Shown: piece after piece, positions 50,175-60,300 of the stretch
Layout: each line of letters starts with the position of its first letter
How positions within the stretch are numbered: position 1 is the first letter of the stretch
Source of the DNA: a candidate division FCPU426 bacterium
Lineage (GTDB): Bacteria > Oederibacteriota > Muellerivitia > Muellerivitales > Muellerivitaceae
Length of the DNA: 64,000 nucleotides
Reading direction: 5' to 3'
Assembly: GCA_963796105.1 (NCBI GenBank)
Contig: CAWCKJ010000004.1
Coordinates: 1,120,001-1,184,000, forward strand
Notes under the pieces: model-generated
The model's input: the letters and a program-made list of their open reading frames with translations, nothing else
Told to the model about the DNA's origin: nothing
Databases searched by the model: none
Position numbers and translations under genes: made by a program

Positions 50175-51751
50175 TGCCGAACACGCACGGTGTTTCCGGC
50201 ACCGCCTATAAATGGGAAGTCCTGGGGGTCGTCATGATCGGCACGCTCATGGCCGCCTTGGACCAGAACGTCGTGAATGTTTCCCTCCCCGACATCATGG
50301 CCGACTTCGGCTCCCCTGTGAACGATATTGAGTGGGTCATCACGGGTTACATGCTGGCTTTCGCCACCCTGATGCCCTTGACGGCCTGGCTGCGGGAGCA
50401 CATCGGCTACAAGCGGCTTTACGTGGCGAGCCTGTTCGTCTTCACCATTGGATCCCTCATCTGCGCGATGGCTTGGAACCTTCCTTCCCTGGTGGCGGCC
50501 CGCGTTCTCCAGGCCCTGGGCGGGGGCGCCATTACCCCCACCGGCATGGCCATGATCACCGAGGTTTTCGAGCCGCGCGAGAGGGGAAAGGCCATCGGTT
50601 ACTGGGGGGTCGGCGTCATCATCGGGCCGGCATTCGGTCCGACCCTGGGGGGCTACCTGACCGATTATTTCGGATGGAGGTCCATTTTCACGGTTAATCT
50701 GCCGGTAGGCATCATCGGCATTCTCCTGGCCCTGGCGCTTTTGCGGGAGGACAAACCCTCCGAGCATTCCCACAAGCATCCCTTCGACATGGCGGGCTTC
50801 CTTTTCCTGTCGGTGTTCCTCGTGTCGTTCCTGCTGGCCCTGAGCAAGGGGGAGGAAAAAGGGTGGTTCTCCTCCTTCATTTACACCTGCTGGGGTTTGT
50901 CGATCACGGGTTTCCTTGGTTTCCTGCTGGTGGAAACCCTCACGCCCCACGGCATCATGGACATCAGGCTCTTCAAGTCCCCGGTCTATTCAGCCTGCAT
51001 GATGGTGGTGTCCGCCCGGTCCCTGGCCCTTTTCGGGGGGACTTTTCTCCTCCCGCTTTTCCTCCAGCAAATCATGGGCTTCAACGAGATTGACAGCGGC
51101 TTGATCCTGCTTCCGGGAGCCTTGGCCGCCGCCCTGTGCATGCCCTTCGCGGGCAAGCTCACCGACCGTGTCGGGCCGATCTGGCCGTCCCTCGCCGGGC
51201 TGGTGAGCATCGCCTATTTCATGTGGTCGTACCGGTTATTGGACATCAATACGAGCATTTGGAACGTAGTCTGGCCCACCCTCATCCGGGGCGCGGGTAT
51301 CGCCCTGTTGATCACCCCGGTCATGGTGACGGCCTTGAACAGCATTCCCAAACAAAAGGCGGGAATGGCCTCCTCCATGCTGAGCCTGATCCAACAGGTG
51401 TCCGGTTCCATTGGAATAGGGATTTTGGGGGCGGTCTTGGACCACCGGATGGTTTTCCACCAGGGTTTGGCGGCCTCCACCTGGAGCCCGGTCACCCCGG
51501 CTTCCCAGGCGGCATTCTTGAATATGGCCGGAAGGCTTCATGACCTGGGCCTTTCCCATGCCGATTCCCTTCGGGGGGCGGGAGTTGTCGTAGCCCGGGC
51601 GATTTTCAAAATGACCGCTGTATCTGCCTACGAGGATGCGTTCCTTGTCGGCGCCGTCATCGTGTTGTTGGCTTTCCTGCCCGCGTTTCTCCTGCCCTCT
51701 AAAAACATGTACAGAACGGAAAAATCAGACAGCATCGCTGTGTCGGATTAA
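50174..51751 (+). CDS. emrB: DHA2 family MFS efflux permease EmrB
   Basis: LDQNVVNVSLP, WVITGY.LA, GPAFGPTLGGYLTD.FGWRSIF.VNLPVG. Confidence 0.92.
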   Translation: MPNTHGVSGTAYKWEVLGVVMIGTLMAALDQNVVNVSLPDIMADFGSPVNDIEWVITGYMLAFATLMPLTAWLREHIGYKRLYVASLFVFTIGSLICAMAWNLPSLVAARVLQALGGGAITPTGMAMITEVFEPRERGKAIGYWGVGVIIGPAFGPTLGGYLTDYFGWRSIFTVNLPVGIIGILLALALLREDKPSEHSHKHPFDMAGFLFLSVFLVSFLLALSKGEEKGWFSSFIYTCWGLSITGFLGFLLVETLTPHGIMDIRLFKSPVYSACMMVVSARSLALFGGTFLLPLFLQQIMGFNEIDSGLILLPGALAAALCMPFAGKLTDRVGPIWPSLAGLVSIAYFMWSYRLLDINTSIWNVVWPTLIRGAGIALLITPVMVTALNSIPKQKAGMASSMLSLIQQVSGSIGIGILGAVLDHRMVFHQGLAASTWSPVTPASQAAFLNMAGRLHDLGLSHADSLRGAGVVVARAIFKMTAVSAYEDAFLVGAVIVLLAFLPAFLLPSKNMYRTEKSDSIAVSD

Positions 51752-51809
51752 ATCCATAGGTTGAAACCGGGTTTATAATAAAACCCAATCTTTTAGTCTG
51801 GGAGGTTCT

Positions 51810-52487
51810 ATGAAAACTCTTTGCGTCTTCCTATGGTTGGCTTTCCTATTCCCGGCGGTTTACGTCCCGTCTGCTTCGTCGGCGGATGGGACCGTGGTCT
51901 CGCTACCGGCGCCCAAGACCGACGGCAAAGTGTCTCTCGAAAAGGCGCTTCAAACTCGCCGGTCCCTTCGGGAATTCTCCGCGAAACCGCTCACCCTGGC
52001 TGAAGTCGGACAGCTTTGCTGGGCCGCGCAGGGAACCACCGACTCGAATGGACACCGCACCGCGCCCTCTGCCAAGGCTCTCTATCCCCTCGAGCTTTAT
52101 GTCATCGCGGCCTCGGTAGAGGGGGTACCGTCCGGCTTTTACCATTACGAGACCGTCGGACATTCCCTTAAGGCGGTCAAAACCGGTGAGGTGCGGGACG
52201 AGTTCGTGAGCAAAGCCATCGGACAAACTTGGATATCTCAGGCCCCGGCTGTCTTTGTCATTACGGGGAAAGCCTCGAAAATGGAAGGCATCAAGGACCG
52301 CGGGAAGCAATTCATGGCCGTTGAGACGGGTCTCGCAGCGCAGGGATTGCTCCTGGAGGAAACAGCCCTAGGTCTTGGCGGCACTTTTGTCGGGGGTTTT
52401 GACCCGCCCAAGGCCCACGCGGTACTAGGCCTCCCGGCCGGGGAAGAGGTGTTGGCCGTGCTCCCAACGGGGAATAAACCCAAGTAG
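51810..52487 (+). CDS. SagB/ThcOx-family nitroreductase-fold protein with signal peptide
   Basis: LP.P..DG.VSLE.AL..RRS.REF, WAAQG, RTAPSA.ALYPLELY. Confidence 0.9.
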   Translation: MKTLCVFLWLAFLFPAVYVPSASSADGTVVSLPAPKTDGKVSLEKALQTRRSLREFSAKPLTLAEVGQLCWAAQGTTDSNGHRTAPSAKALYPLELYVIAASVEGVPSGFYHYETVGHSLKAVKTGEVRDEFVSKAIGQTWISQAPAVFVITGKASKMEGIKDRGKQFMAVETGLAAQGLLLEETALGLGGTFVGGFDPPKAHAVLGLPAGEEVLAVLPTGNKPK

Positions 52488-52597
52488 AACAGGCAATCGG
52501 CTTAGGTCTCCCCAGGTTATGATGGTGTCAGGTCAAAAATGAATAACCTTACTCGACTTTGGCAAATTTTGAAAAGAATGTTCCTGGTGATGATAAT

Positions 52598-52697
52598 TCC
52601 CCCCTTTGAAAAAAGGGGGGGGAAGGGGGTATTAGCCGTTGTCAGAACGTTACGGAAAAACTAACTTCCCCTTTTTCCCCCTCTTTCAGAGGGGGAT
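52598..52697. repeat. Paired C-run/G-run palindromic intergenic element
   Basis: CCCCCCTTTGAAAAAAGGGGGG..GGGGGTATT and CCCCTTTTTCCCCCTCTTTCAGAGGGGGA hairpins in facing orientation. Confidence 0.6.
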
Positions 52698-53211
52698 ACG
52701 CGAGTTAACTCGCGTTTTTCCAAAGTCGAGTAACATTATTAAAACAGGCAGGTCCAATCCATTCCTAGGTTTTCTTTTTTGCACTGGGCTGGCGCTGGGC
52801 CTGGGTGGCTGTAGTTTCACCCTTCTTTATGAATACCCAGCGGTGGAAAGAAAATTCGACTCCCAATCATCCCTGCCCGCCCTTCAGCCCAATGAGGTTT
52901 ACTTCTTCCTGGCAAAGGAAAATTTCCCCGCTGACCTTCAATCGCTCCCGGTGGGAACCCTCACGACACCCCCGAATTCCCAATGGACTTACAACAAGCT
53001 CGTTTCGGAATTCCAGAAGAAAGCCGCTGAAATGGGGGCCAACGCGGTGGTGTTTGAAAAGGTCGAGAAGGACAAGCTGGAATATGGTTTCCTGTACTAC
53101 AAGGGCTTCGCCACGGTTTACCGGCTTTACAAACAGGAACCCGTGGAGGATGTCGATTTAAGCTCCTCCCCAAACGGGACCCAAATGCCTAATTTGCAAA
53201 TGGTAAAATAA
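52639..53211 (+). CDS. Lipoprotein, possibly RcsF/YbjQ-like alpha/beta fold
   Basis: Lipobox LGGC; FQKKAAEMGANAVV. The true start is probably downstream of 52700. Confidence 0.6.
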   Translation: MSERYGKTNFPFFPLFQRGIRELTRVFPKSSNIIKTGRSNPFLGFLFCTGLALGLGGCSFTLLYEYPAVERKFDSQSSLPALQPNEVYFFLAKENFPADLQSLPVGTLTTPPNSQWTYNKLVSEFQKKAAEMGANAVVFEKVEKDKLEYGFLYYKGFATVYRLYKQEPVEDVDLSSSPNGTQMPNLQMVK

Positions 53212-53285
53212 AAGATGGGGCAGATCTATAAGAACTGAAACGAAGCGGGATCCGTGGGCAGGGACATCAAGCGGCAGGCCTCTGC

Positions 53286-53337
53286 TTGACCCTTTCCCAG
53301 GGGTTACATATAATCGATGCATATAAACAATATGCAT
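53286..53337 (+). promoter_or_regulatory. Sigma-70 promoter and autoregulatory operator of vapBC
   Basis: TTGACC-N17-TATAAT (53286-53314), then IR ATGCATAT-N5-ATATGCAT. Confidence 0.85.
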
Positions 53338-53350
53338 TAAGGAGCATCCC

Positions 53351-53557
53351 GTGCGAACTACCCTGGAACTTTCAAATCATTTGATCAAGGAACTCATGTC
53401 CGTCGAAAAGTGGCCTTCCAAAACCCAGGCCATTGAGACGGCTATCGAGGATTTCGTCCGCCGAAAGAGACTTGATAATCTTATTTCCGCGAGGGGACGC
53501 TTAAAAGTGAGGGATGTTTCAGTTGAATTGAGGAAGATGGAACTTCATGCCCGCTGA
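53351..53557 (+). CDS. vapB: Type II antitoxin VapB
   Basis: MRTTLEL...LI.E......SKT.AIE.A...FVR; overlaps the PIN gene. Confidence 0.88.
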   Translation: MRTTLELSNHLIKELMSVEKWPSKTQAIETAIEDFVRRKRLDNLISARGRLKVRDVSVELRKMELHAR

Positions 53558-53936
53558 GATACTAGTCGACACATCCCTTTGGATTGATTTTTTCCGCAGG
53601 CCGGATAATGAAACCGGCGAAAAGCTGGTCAAACAATTGAAACGCGGTTCGGTCTCCACCTGCGGGGTCATCGTATTCGAGGTTTTGCAGGGCGCGGCCG
53701 ATCAAGAGGAGCTCACTTTCCTGGAGGAGAATCTCAAGGGATTACATTTCCTCGAGGCTTATTCGGAATCGTTTTTTGAGGCCGGCCGGATTTCTTACGA
53801 GTTGCGTAAAAAAGGCGTTACTCTCCCATTGAGCGATATTTTCATAGCCACTTTGGCCATTACTAACCACCAAACCCTTTGGACCAAGGATCAACATTTC
53901 AGGAAAATAAAAGGCCTTCATTATCAATTGCCTTGA
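53547..53936 (+). CDS. vapC: PIN-domain toxin VapC
   Basis: ILVDTSLWIDFFR, EVLQG, LRKKGVT..SDIFIA, TKDQHF. Confidence 0.92.
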   Translation: MPAEILVDTSLWIDFFRRPDNETGEKLVKQLKRGSVSTCGVIVFEVLQGAADQEELTFLEENLKGLHFLEAYSESFFEAGRISYELRKKGVTLPLSDIFIATLAITNHQTLWTKDQHFRKIKGLHYQLP

Positions 53937-53953
53937 CGAATAGCGAGGCGGCT

Positions 53954-54640
53954 TTGAAAACCGAAAATAAGAAACTAAAAGTCGTCCTTTTCGGCGCGAC
54001 TGGGATGATCGGGTCGGGAGTCCTGCAATCCTGCCTAGAGGATGCGGACGTTGAAAAGATATTGGCCGTGGGACGCCAGCACTGCGGAAGGCAGGACCCC
54101 AAATTGAAAGAGATAATCCTGAAGGATTTTTCCAGTTTTGAGACAGTTGAGCCGCAACTTAGGGGTTATAACACAAGCCTCTTCGCGCTCGGGGTCTCTT
54201 CCTTTGGGATGAATGAGGCGGCCTATGGCAATATCACCTATGACTTGACCCTGACGGCAGCCGAGACCCTATTGAAACTCAATCCCAACATGAGCTTCTG
54301 CTATGTTTCCGGGCAGGGAACCGACAGCACTGAAAAAGGTTCCATCATGTGGGCCAGGGTAAAGGGGCGCATCGAGAACAAGCTTTTGTCCATGAATTTC
54401 AAGCCGGCGGTCATGTTTCGGCCCGGGGGGATCAAGCCGCTGAAGGGTGTTCGTTCCAAAACAAGGCTGTACCGTTTTTTCTACGCGCTCCTCGGCCCCT
54501 TGCTGACCCTGTTTCTTCCTGTTTTTCCAAAATACATCACCACTTCTGAAAGGCTGGGCCGGGCCATGCTGAAGGCCGCTCGCGGTCTGGCGGACAAGCC
54601 CGTGCTTGAGTCCGTCGATATCAACCGTTTGGGGATTTGA
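53954..54640 (+). CDS. NAD(P)-binding Rossmann protein (atypical SDR / epimerase-like)
   Basis: FGATGMIGSG, YVSGQGTDSTEKG..MWARVKG, FRPG. TTG start after GAGG. Confidence 0.88.
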   Translation: MKTENKKLKVVLFGATGMIGSGVLQSCLEDADVEKILAVGRQHCGRQDPKLKEIILKDFSSFETVEPQLRGYNTSLFALGVSSFGMNEAAYGNITYDLTLTAAETLLKLNPNMSFCYVSGQGTDSTEKGSIMWARVKGRIENKLLSMNFKPAVMFRPGGIKPLKGVRSKTRLYRFFYALLGPLLTLFLPVFPKYITTSERLGRAMLKAARGLADKPVLESVDINRLGI

Positions 54641-54714
54641 GATCGATAGGTAATTGATGTGAATTTCGAAAAATCATTTAAGCCATTTAATATAGTTACC
54701 TGGAGAAGTAATTC

Positions 54715-54870
54715 ATGGGAAAAATCAACAAGGCTTGGCATATGAAGAATCCGATGCCCCGAAAGCCCACACTCGAAAAACGAATTGCTTGGCATAAACA
54801 ACACGCCAAGGTTTGCGGATGCAGGCCTGTTCCCGTGTCATTGAAAGCCAACTTTTCTAAAAAAGTTTAA
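54715..54870 (+). CDS. Small 51-aa His/Cys protein missing from the ORF track
   Basis: GGAG RBS; MGKINKAWHMKNPMPRKPTLEKRIAWHKQHAKVCGCRPVPVSLKANFSKKV. Confidence 0.7.
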   Translation: MGKINKAWHMKNPMPRKPTLEKRIAWHKQHAKVCGCRPVPVSLKANFSKKV

Positions 54871-55170
54871 ATCCTGGGAAATCTGACCCTTCGCAAGGGA
54901 AGGAGAAGCCCCCGCAAAGATGGTTCCCGGTACAATTGGGGAATAAAGGCCGAAATTTCAAAAATTCATGGAATAAAATCCGACGATATATCCACTATAT
55001 AGTGTGCCCATAAAGCGGTTGAAAGCCATATTGTCGATATTCAAGGTATGGTTTTATGGACCCTAAAATAAACATCCGCCGCCTAAAAAAACATTGAGCG
55101 CCGTGGTTTTATCCGCCGCGCGATTAAAGGCGGAATAATTTTCAACTTATTCAAACCAAAGGCGGGTTAT

Positions 55171-57057
55171 ATGTTCAAAAGCAAACCGGTTTTATCGATG
55201 ACGATCCTGGGATTGGGCGCGGCCCTGGCCCTGGCCTCCTGCTCAAAGACTTTCTACACTCCGGCTTCGCCCCTTCCTCCGGCCGTCAGCCCTACCGCCA
55301 CTTCGACAAGCTCAGTGCAGGCCACTCCTACCCTGACAATCGTCAACACGGCCGCTTTTACCCCAACGGCATCGCCCTCCGACACGCCTTCGGCCACGCA
55401 AACCCCGACGCCGACCCTCTCAACGACCCCACCCCCCCTCACTTTCACCCCAACCCTGCCCACCGTGGATACGCCCACCTTCACCCTGACGGTTGCCTTT
55501 TCCCCCACCCTGACAGATTCGGTGACGCCTACGATGACCGTTTCGGTTACGCCATCCTATACGCCGACCCTGACGCCCACTCCCACGATCACTCCGACGC
55601 CGACATTCTCAACGACCCCTTTTCCCTCTACCTTGACGCCCACCGTGACCACCACCCAGACGTTATCGGCCTTCTCCATCGTGAAAAGCCTCGTCAACAT
55701 CGAGCAATATAACGGCGGGTCCATCGCCGCAGTGACACTGCAAGTGGTGGTTTGCGACAACGGCGAGTCCGTCAACAGCGCCGTGACCTTGGCCGACACC
55801 CAGCCGGGCCCTGTCACCCTCTTACAACTCGGCTGGATCGACCCCGATGTGAACCCTTACCTCATCGAGAGCGCGACGCCCGGCTGGCCGGAGCCAGGAA
55901 ACGTCGGCGGGAACGCGGTCTGGAGCAGCTTCGCATCCTCCTCCTGCGTGACCCTTTTGGCCAGCATGTGGGACGGGAATTTACAGCAGAACCAGTGTGA
56001 GCAGGTCCCGGACACGGCCTCCCTGTCCTATGCCGGGGGTTCGGCGTCATCCAACTTGCTTTCCGTGACCCTGCCCTGCATCTCAGTGTCCCCCACCGCC
56101 ACCCCCAACCTGACTACCGTGAGCACGCCGACTTTCACCACCACAAGCTCCGCGACCCCAAGCCCCACCATGACGCCTACCGGAACTCCCACCCCCTCGT
56201 CCACAGCGACCAGTTCGCCCACCCCCACGGACACGGAAGGCCCATGCCCGATCACCGGCACCCTGAGCCTGAAGGGAAACCTGAACTCGGCCCAGCCCGC
56301 GAACCAGGCCGGGGGGATCATCGATGTCAGCGCCCTGAACCTTGCGTTATGCGCTCCCTCCAGCTTGTTTTTCAACAGCTCGAAAATGCAGTTCGTCACC
56401 TACGGGGCCTCCGGCCTCGCCATAAGCCAGGTGGCGGATTTCACCGTGCCGGCGGACACCGGGAATCCTGTCCCGAACCTGACCACGTGCCTTCTCCAGG
56501 GCGGGTGCTATCTCTCTTCTGACATCTTTTTATCCTGGCCATGGGACCAAACCACCCCGCCGCCGCCAGCGGCTTCCTGCGTTAAGACCGTCACGGACGC
56601 CGACGGTTACGAGCGGGAGATTACCTTCCAGTTTTACCAGGTCAACGACCTGGGCCAGGCCGGGGTGAATCCCAACCCTCCCCAACAGGCGGCCTGGGCC
56701 TGGTTCGCCTTCGAGACGACCGGAGGGGACGAACCTTCCCACGCCAACATGTTGGACGGGTCGTCCGTGGCGGAGGGCTATCCGGATTTTCCCTGCAGTG
56801 TGGACCGGGGAAATGCGGGTTGGATCTACGTCGGCGACTTCATCTTCTTCAACTCCGACGGGTCCCTTGCCGGGGAAGGGGGGACGGGCGGGCCCATTGG
56901 GCCAATAAGCTACCAGGAAATACCCAACCTCTACCTTCCGCCGGGGTCGGGCCCCTCCTATTCCAGGTTCGTCTTGAACTTCGGGACCGCGGGCCTCCTG
57001 GGATACGGCCAAAGGAACGGCCTTACGGGTGACTCCGCCCCCTCGTCAGTGTATTAA
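55171..57057 (+). CDS. Lipoprotein with T/P stalks, a DUF11-like domain and a C-terminal FlgE-D2-like domain
   Basis: Lipobox LASC; LKGNLNS, VTDADG..REITFQF, WAWFA, IFFNSDGSL, LNFGT..GLTG. Confidence 0.75.
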   Translation: MFKSKPVLSMTILGLGAALALASCSKTFYTPASPLPPAVSPTATSTSSVQATPTLTIVNTAAFTPTASPSDTPSATQTPTPTLSTTPPPLTFTPTLPTVDTPTFTLTVAFSPTLTDSVTPTMTVSVTPSYTPTLTPTPTITPTPTFSTTPFPSTLTPTVTTTQTLSAFSIVKSLVNIEQYNGGSIAAVTLQVVVCDNGESVNSAVTLADTQPGPVTLLQLGWIDPDVNPYLIESATPGWPEPGNVGGNAVWSSFASSSCVTLLASMWDGNLQQNQCEQVPDTASLSYAGGSASSNLLSVTLPCISVSPTATPNLTTVSTPTFTTTSSATPSPTMTPTGTPTPSSTATSSPTPTDTEGPCPITGTLSLKGNLNSAQPANQAGGIIDVSALNLALCAPSSLFFNSSKMQFVTYGASGLAISQVADFTVPADTGNPVPNLTTCLLQGGCYLSSDIFLSWPWDQTTPPPPAASCVKTVTDADGYEREITFQFYQVNDLGQAGVNPNPPQQAAWAWFAFETTGGDEPSHANMLDGSSVAEGYPDFPCSVDRGNAGWIYVGDFIFFNSDGSLAGEGGTGGPIGPISYQEIPNLYLPPGSGPSYSRFVLNFGTAGLLGYGQRNGLTGDSAPSSVY

Positions 57058-57375
57058 AAAGGCTTGATCGGCGCGGGTTTAGTCATTCATCGGGTCCCTT
57101 TTCTTCACCAACGTTGGTACGATCCCTTCGGGAGTTCCTCATCCCGAACCAGGCATTCCGAATTTTTCAAATTCAGGGGGTATGGTCCCGCGCTAAGCCA
57201 TTGAATGTCTCACGCCAAGGTGGTTCCCGGGATAGCCGAGGAATGAAGGTTTAAGAATCCCAAATTTCCGAGGATTTCAAGAGTTTATGGAATAAAATCC
57301 ATCATATTCACTCTATAAATAGAGGGCCTATGTTGCGATTGAAGCCGAAGCTGGCGGCATTCAAGGAATGGCAGA

Positions 57376-60300
57376 ATGAAACCTAAAATTATTATTCTCA
57401 ATCCCGGAAATTTAACCTGGGTCTTGGTTATATCCCTCGCGTTCGGATTCCTTGCCCCGGCGGTTTCAACCGCGCAGTCGCCGGTCACCCCCGTGAGGGG
57501 CGTGACCGGGGACCTTTGGGCCGACACGGTCCTGGGACAGTTGGATTTCGCCTCCATGACCGACGGGGTCATGGGCAACAAGCACTTGTGCAGGCCGGGC
57601 GGGGCTTTCATAGACCGGGTTTCCAACCCCCAGCGGCTTTACGTGTACGACGCCGGCAACAACCGAATCCTGGGATTCAGCAACATCGCAACCCTCCAAC
57701 CCAACCTGAGCGCCGCCGCGGGATATGGGGCGGACATCGTGCTGGGCCAGCCGGATTTCACGCATACTTACGCCAACGGCGATTCCCAACTCCAGGTTTT
57801 CCCGGGGTTTCCCTTCGCGGAATACCTTTCCCTGACGGACCCGCTTCCCGCTCCCACGGCCTCAAGCCTTTGTCTTTTGGACCCCAGGGTCGTCTCCCCC
57901 GGGGAATCAGGCTCCGATACCACCCTGGCCGTGGACAGCCAGGCCAACCTCTATGTCGTGGACTTTTACAACAACCGGGTGCTCCGTTATAACTCCCCGG
58001 TCACCAGCGGCGAGGCCGCCTCCTACGTTTGGGGGCAGCCCGACTTCGCGGGCTACAACCCCAACCAGGGCGGCTCACCCACCAACAGCACTCTCTGCTT
58101 CCCGAACGGGCGGGGTTTCCTGGTGGCGGGGGTCGCCATCGACAACTGGGGGAACCTCTGGGTGACGGACACGGGCAACGACCGGGTCATGAGATTTCCA
58201 AATCCCAACGCTCCCGGCCTTGGGGTCCCAGTCACAACCGCGGACATCATCCTGGGCCAAACAGGATCCCCAGCGGCGCTGGACACGGACTGGACCCGCT
58301 TTTACTATCCAGGAAGCGTAAGAGTGGATACCTACGGCAATGTTTTCGTGGCGGACGGCCCTCCTTCCGCCGCCCGATCCACCCAAGGCGGCAGGGTCTT
58401 GATCTTCGAGCCGACTGGAAACTCCAACGGGCTTCCAACTTATAACAGCGGTGAAACGGCTAGCGGCTGGATCACCTACGGGTTAAGCTGGCCGACGGGC
58501 CTGGAATTCGACGCCTCCGGGAACCTTTGGGTCAACGATACATTGGACCAGATTCTCCAGTACACGTTGAACTACTCGACGAGCCCCCCCACGGCTACGG
58601 CGCAAAAATTGCTCCTGCTCGCCCAGGTTAACACCGGCAGTAATTTTGCCGATCCCACCAGCGCCGACGGCCCCGATTTCAGCAATTACGCCTATCCCCC
58701 GGGAAGCACACTGCAGGCTTGGGCCCCTGAGGGTTTCCACGAGAATTGGGGGGGGCTGGGAGTGGACCAGGCCGGCGATGTCTGGGTATCTTTCATTAAC
58801 GTCATGGTTGACGTGCTGCGTTACCCGGTGCCTATCCCCAATATCGGAGCTCTTCCCGCTGGGGAGGCCCACGCCCCGGACGTCTCGGTTTTCAAGCCGC
58901 CCCTCAATCCCGCGGTAAGCGGCTACAATCCCATCACGACCAACTCGGTGAGCGGTCTCGGGCTGGCTGTCGGTTACTCCTCATCCGTCACACAGTTGAT
59001 CGCCACGGACAACCACCGGATGACCTATTGGAACCTGGATTACACCAATCCGCCCTCCCTGGGGCTCACCAACGGGAAGAACGCCGACGGATTCGCGGGT
59101 ACGACTTCCTCGGTCGTGAATTTCCCAGCGGGGCAGGAGTTCGGGCGCATCTGGACGGACCAGGCCTCACCCCAGCCCCACGTATGGGTAGTCCGGGGAT
59201 GGGGAGGTTATTCCCAAATCGTAGAGGTTTACAACCTTCCCTTGACCCCCTGGGCCACGGCCGCCGCCACAGTAACGGGGCCCTTTCCAGTGTTTGGGAA
59301 GGGGACCACCTTTACCTACGGGCAAAGGCTGGACGGAATCGCCACGGATCCGACCGGGAGCTACCTTTGGCTGTCGGATACGAACAATAACAGGGTTTTC
59401 CGCCTTCGGAATCCCTTGTCCTCTCCCCAGGTCGATATCATCCTTGGGCAAACCAGCGCTTCAACCACACTGGTCAACCAGGGCGGCACACTCGGCGCGA
59501 AGACCCTTAATCAGCCCGGCGCGGTGGCCTTCGACCACCACGGTAACTTTTACGTCTCGGATTTCTCCCTGGAGGCCAATGGGAACGGCAGGCTCCTGCA
59601 GTTCAGCGCGTCCTCGGTCCAAAACAACGGTACGGCATGCCTATTCGACCCAGCCGCATCCAACGTTTACGCGGAAAACGGGAACCTCAGCGGCAGCTGC
59701 GCCAATTTCGGCAATCCCAGCCTGAGCCCCTGCGGCCCCTGGGAACCGGCATTCCGCTCGGACGACAACGTGATGGTGGTAGGCACCATGGGCTACACGG
59801 GCTCCCGGTGGCCCGTCGTATTCTACTACCCCTTGCTGAATTTCAATTCCCCCACGACCTTCATGAACGATTTCCAATCCATGGGCGGCTACTCACAGGC
59901 TTTCGACAGCCAGGATAACCTGTTCCTCGCGGACCCCGACCGGGAGCACGTCCTGGTCTACTGGAAACCCTTCGCGGCGGAATTACCCGCCACGGCAACA
60001 CCTACCCCGACGCCCTGCGCCTGCCCCGTCACCCAACTGGTTTACGGGACAAACGGGTCCGGGACGGGAAATGGGGTTGTCAACGGCGCGGGCCAGATCG
60101 CCCTCGGCACGACGAACGGCGTCGAGTACCTTTACATCTGCGACATCAACAACAGCCGGGTCGAGCAGTACAACGCCTCGACCGGGGCCTGGGTGGCGAA
60201 CCTGAGGGGGGCCGGGGCGGACAATCCCTACGGCGGGATGTCCAACCCCTATGGCTGCGCGCTCAGCCCCGACGGGCACTACCTGTTCGTGGGCAACACC

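Noticed and set aside
51810..52487. RiPP (azole) biosynthesis locus suggested by the SagB-like gene
   Set aside because: No YcaO, precursor peptide or E1-like gene nearby; stand-alone SagB-like nitroreductases are common.
53351..53936. vapBC as marker of a defence island or prophage
   Set aside because: Flanked by ordinary genes; no integrase, att site or other defence genes seen.
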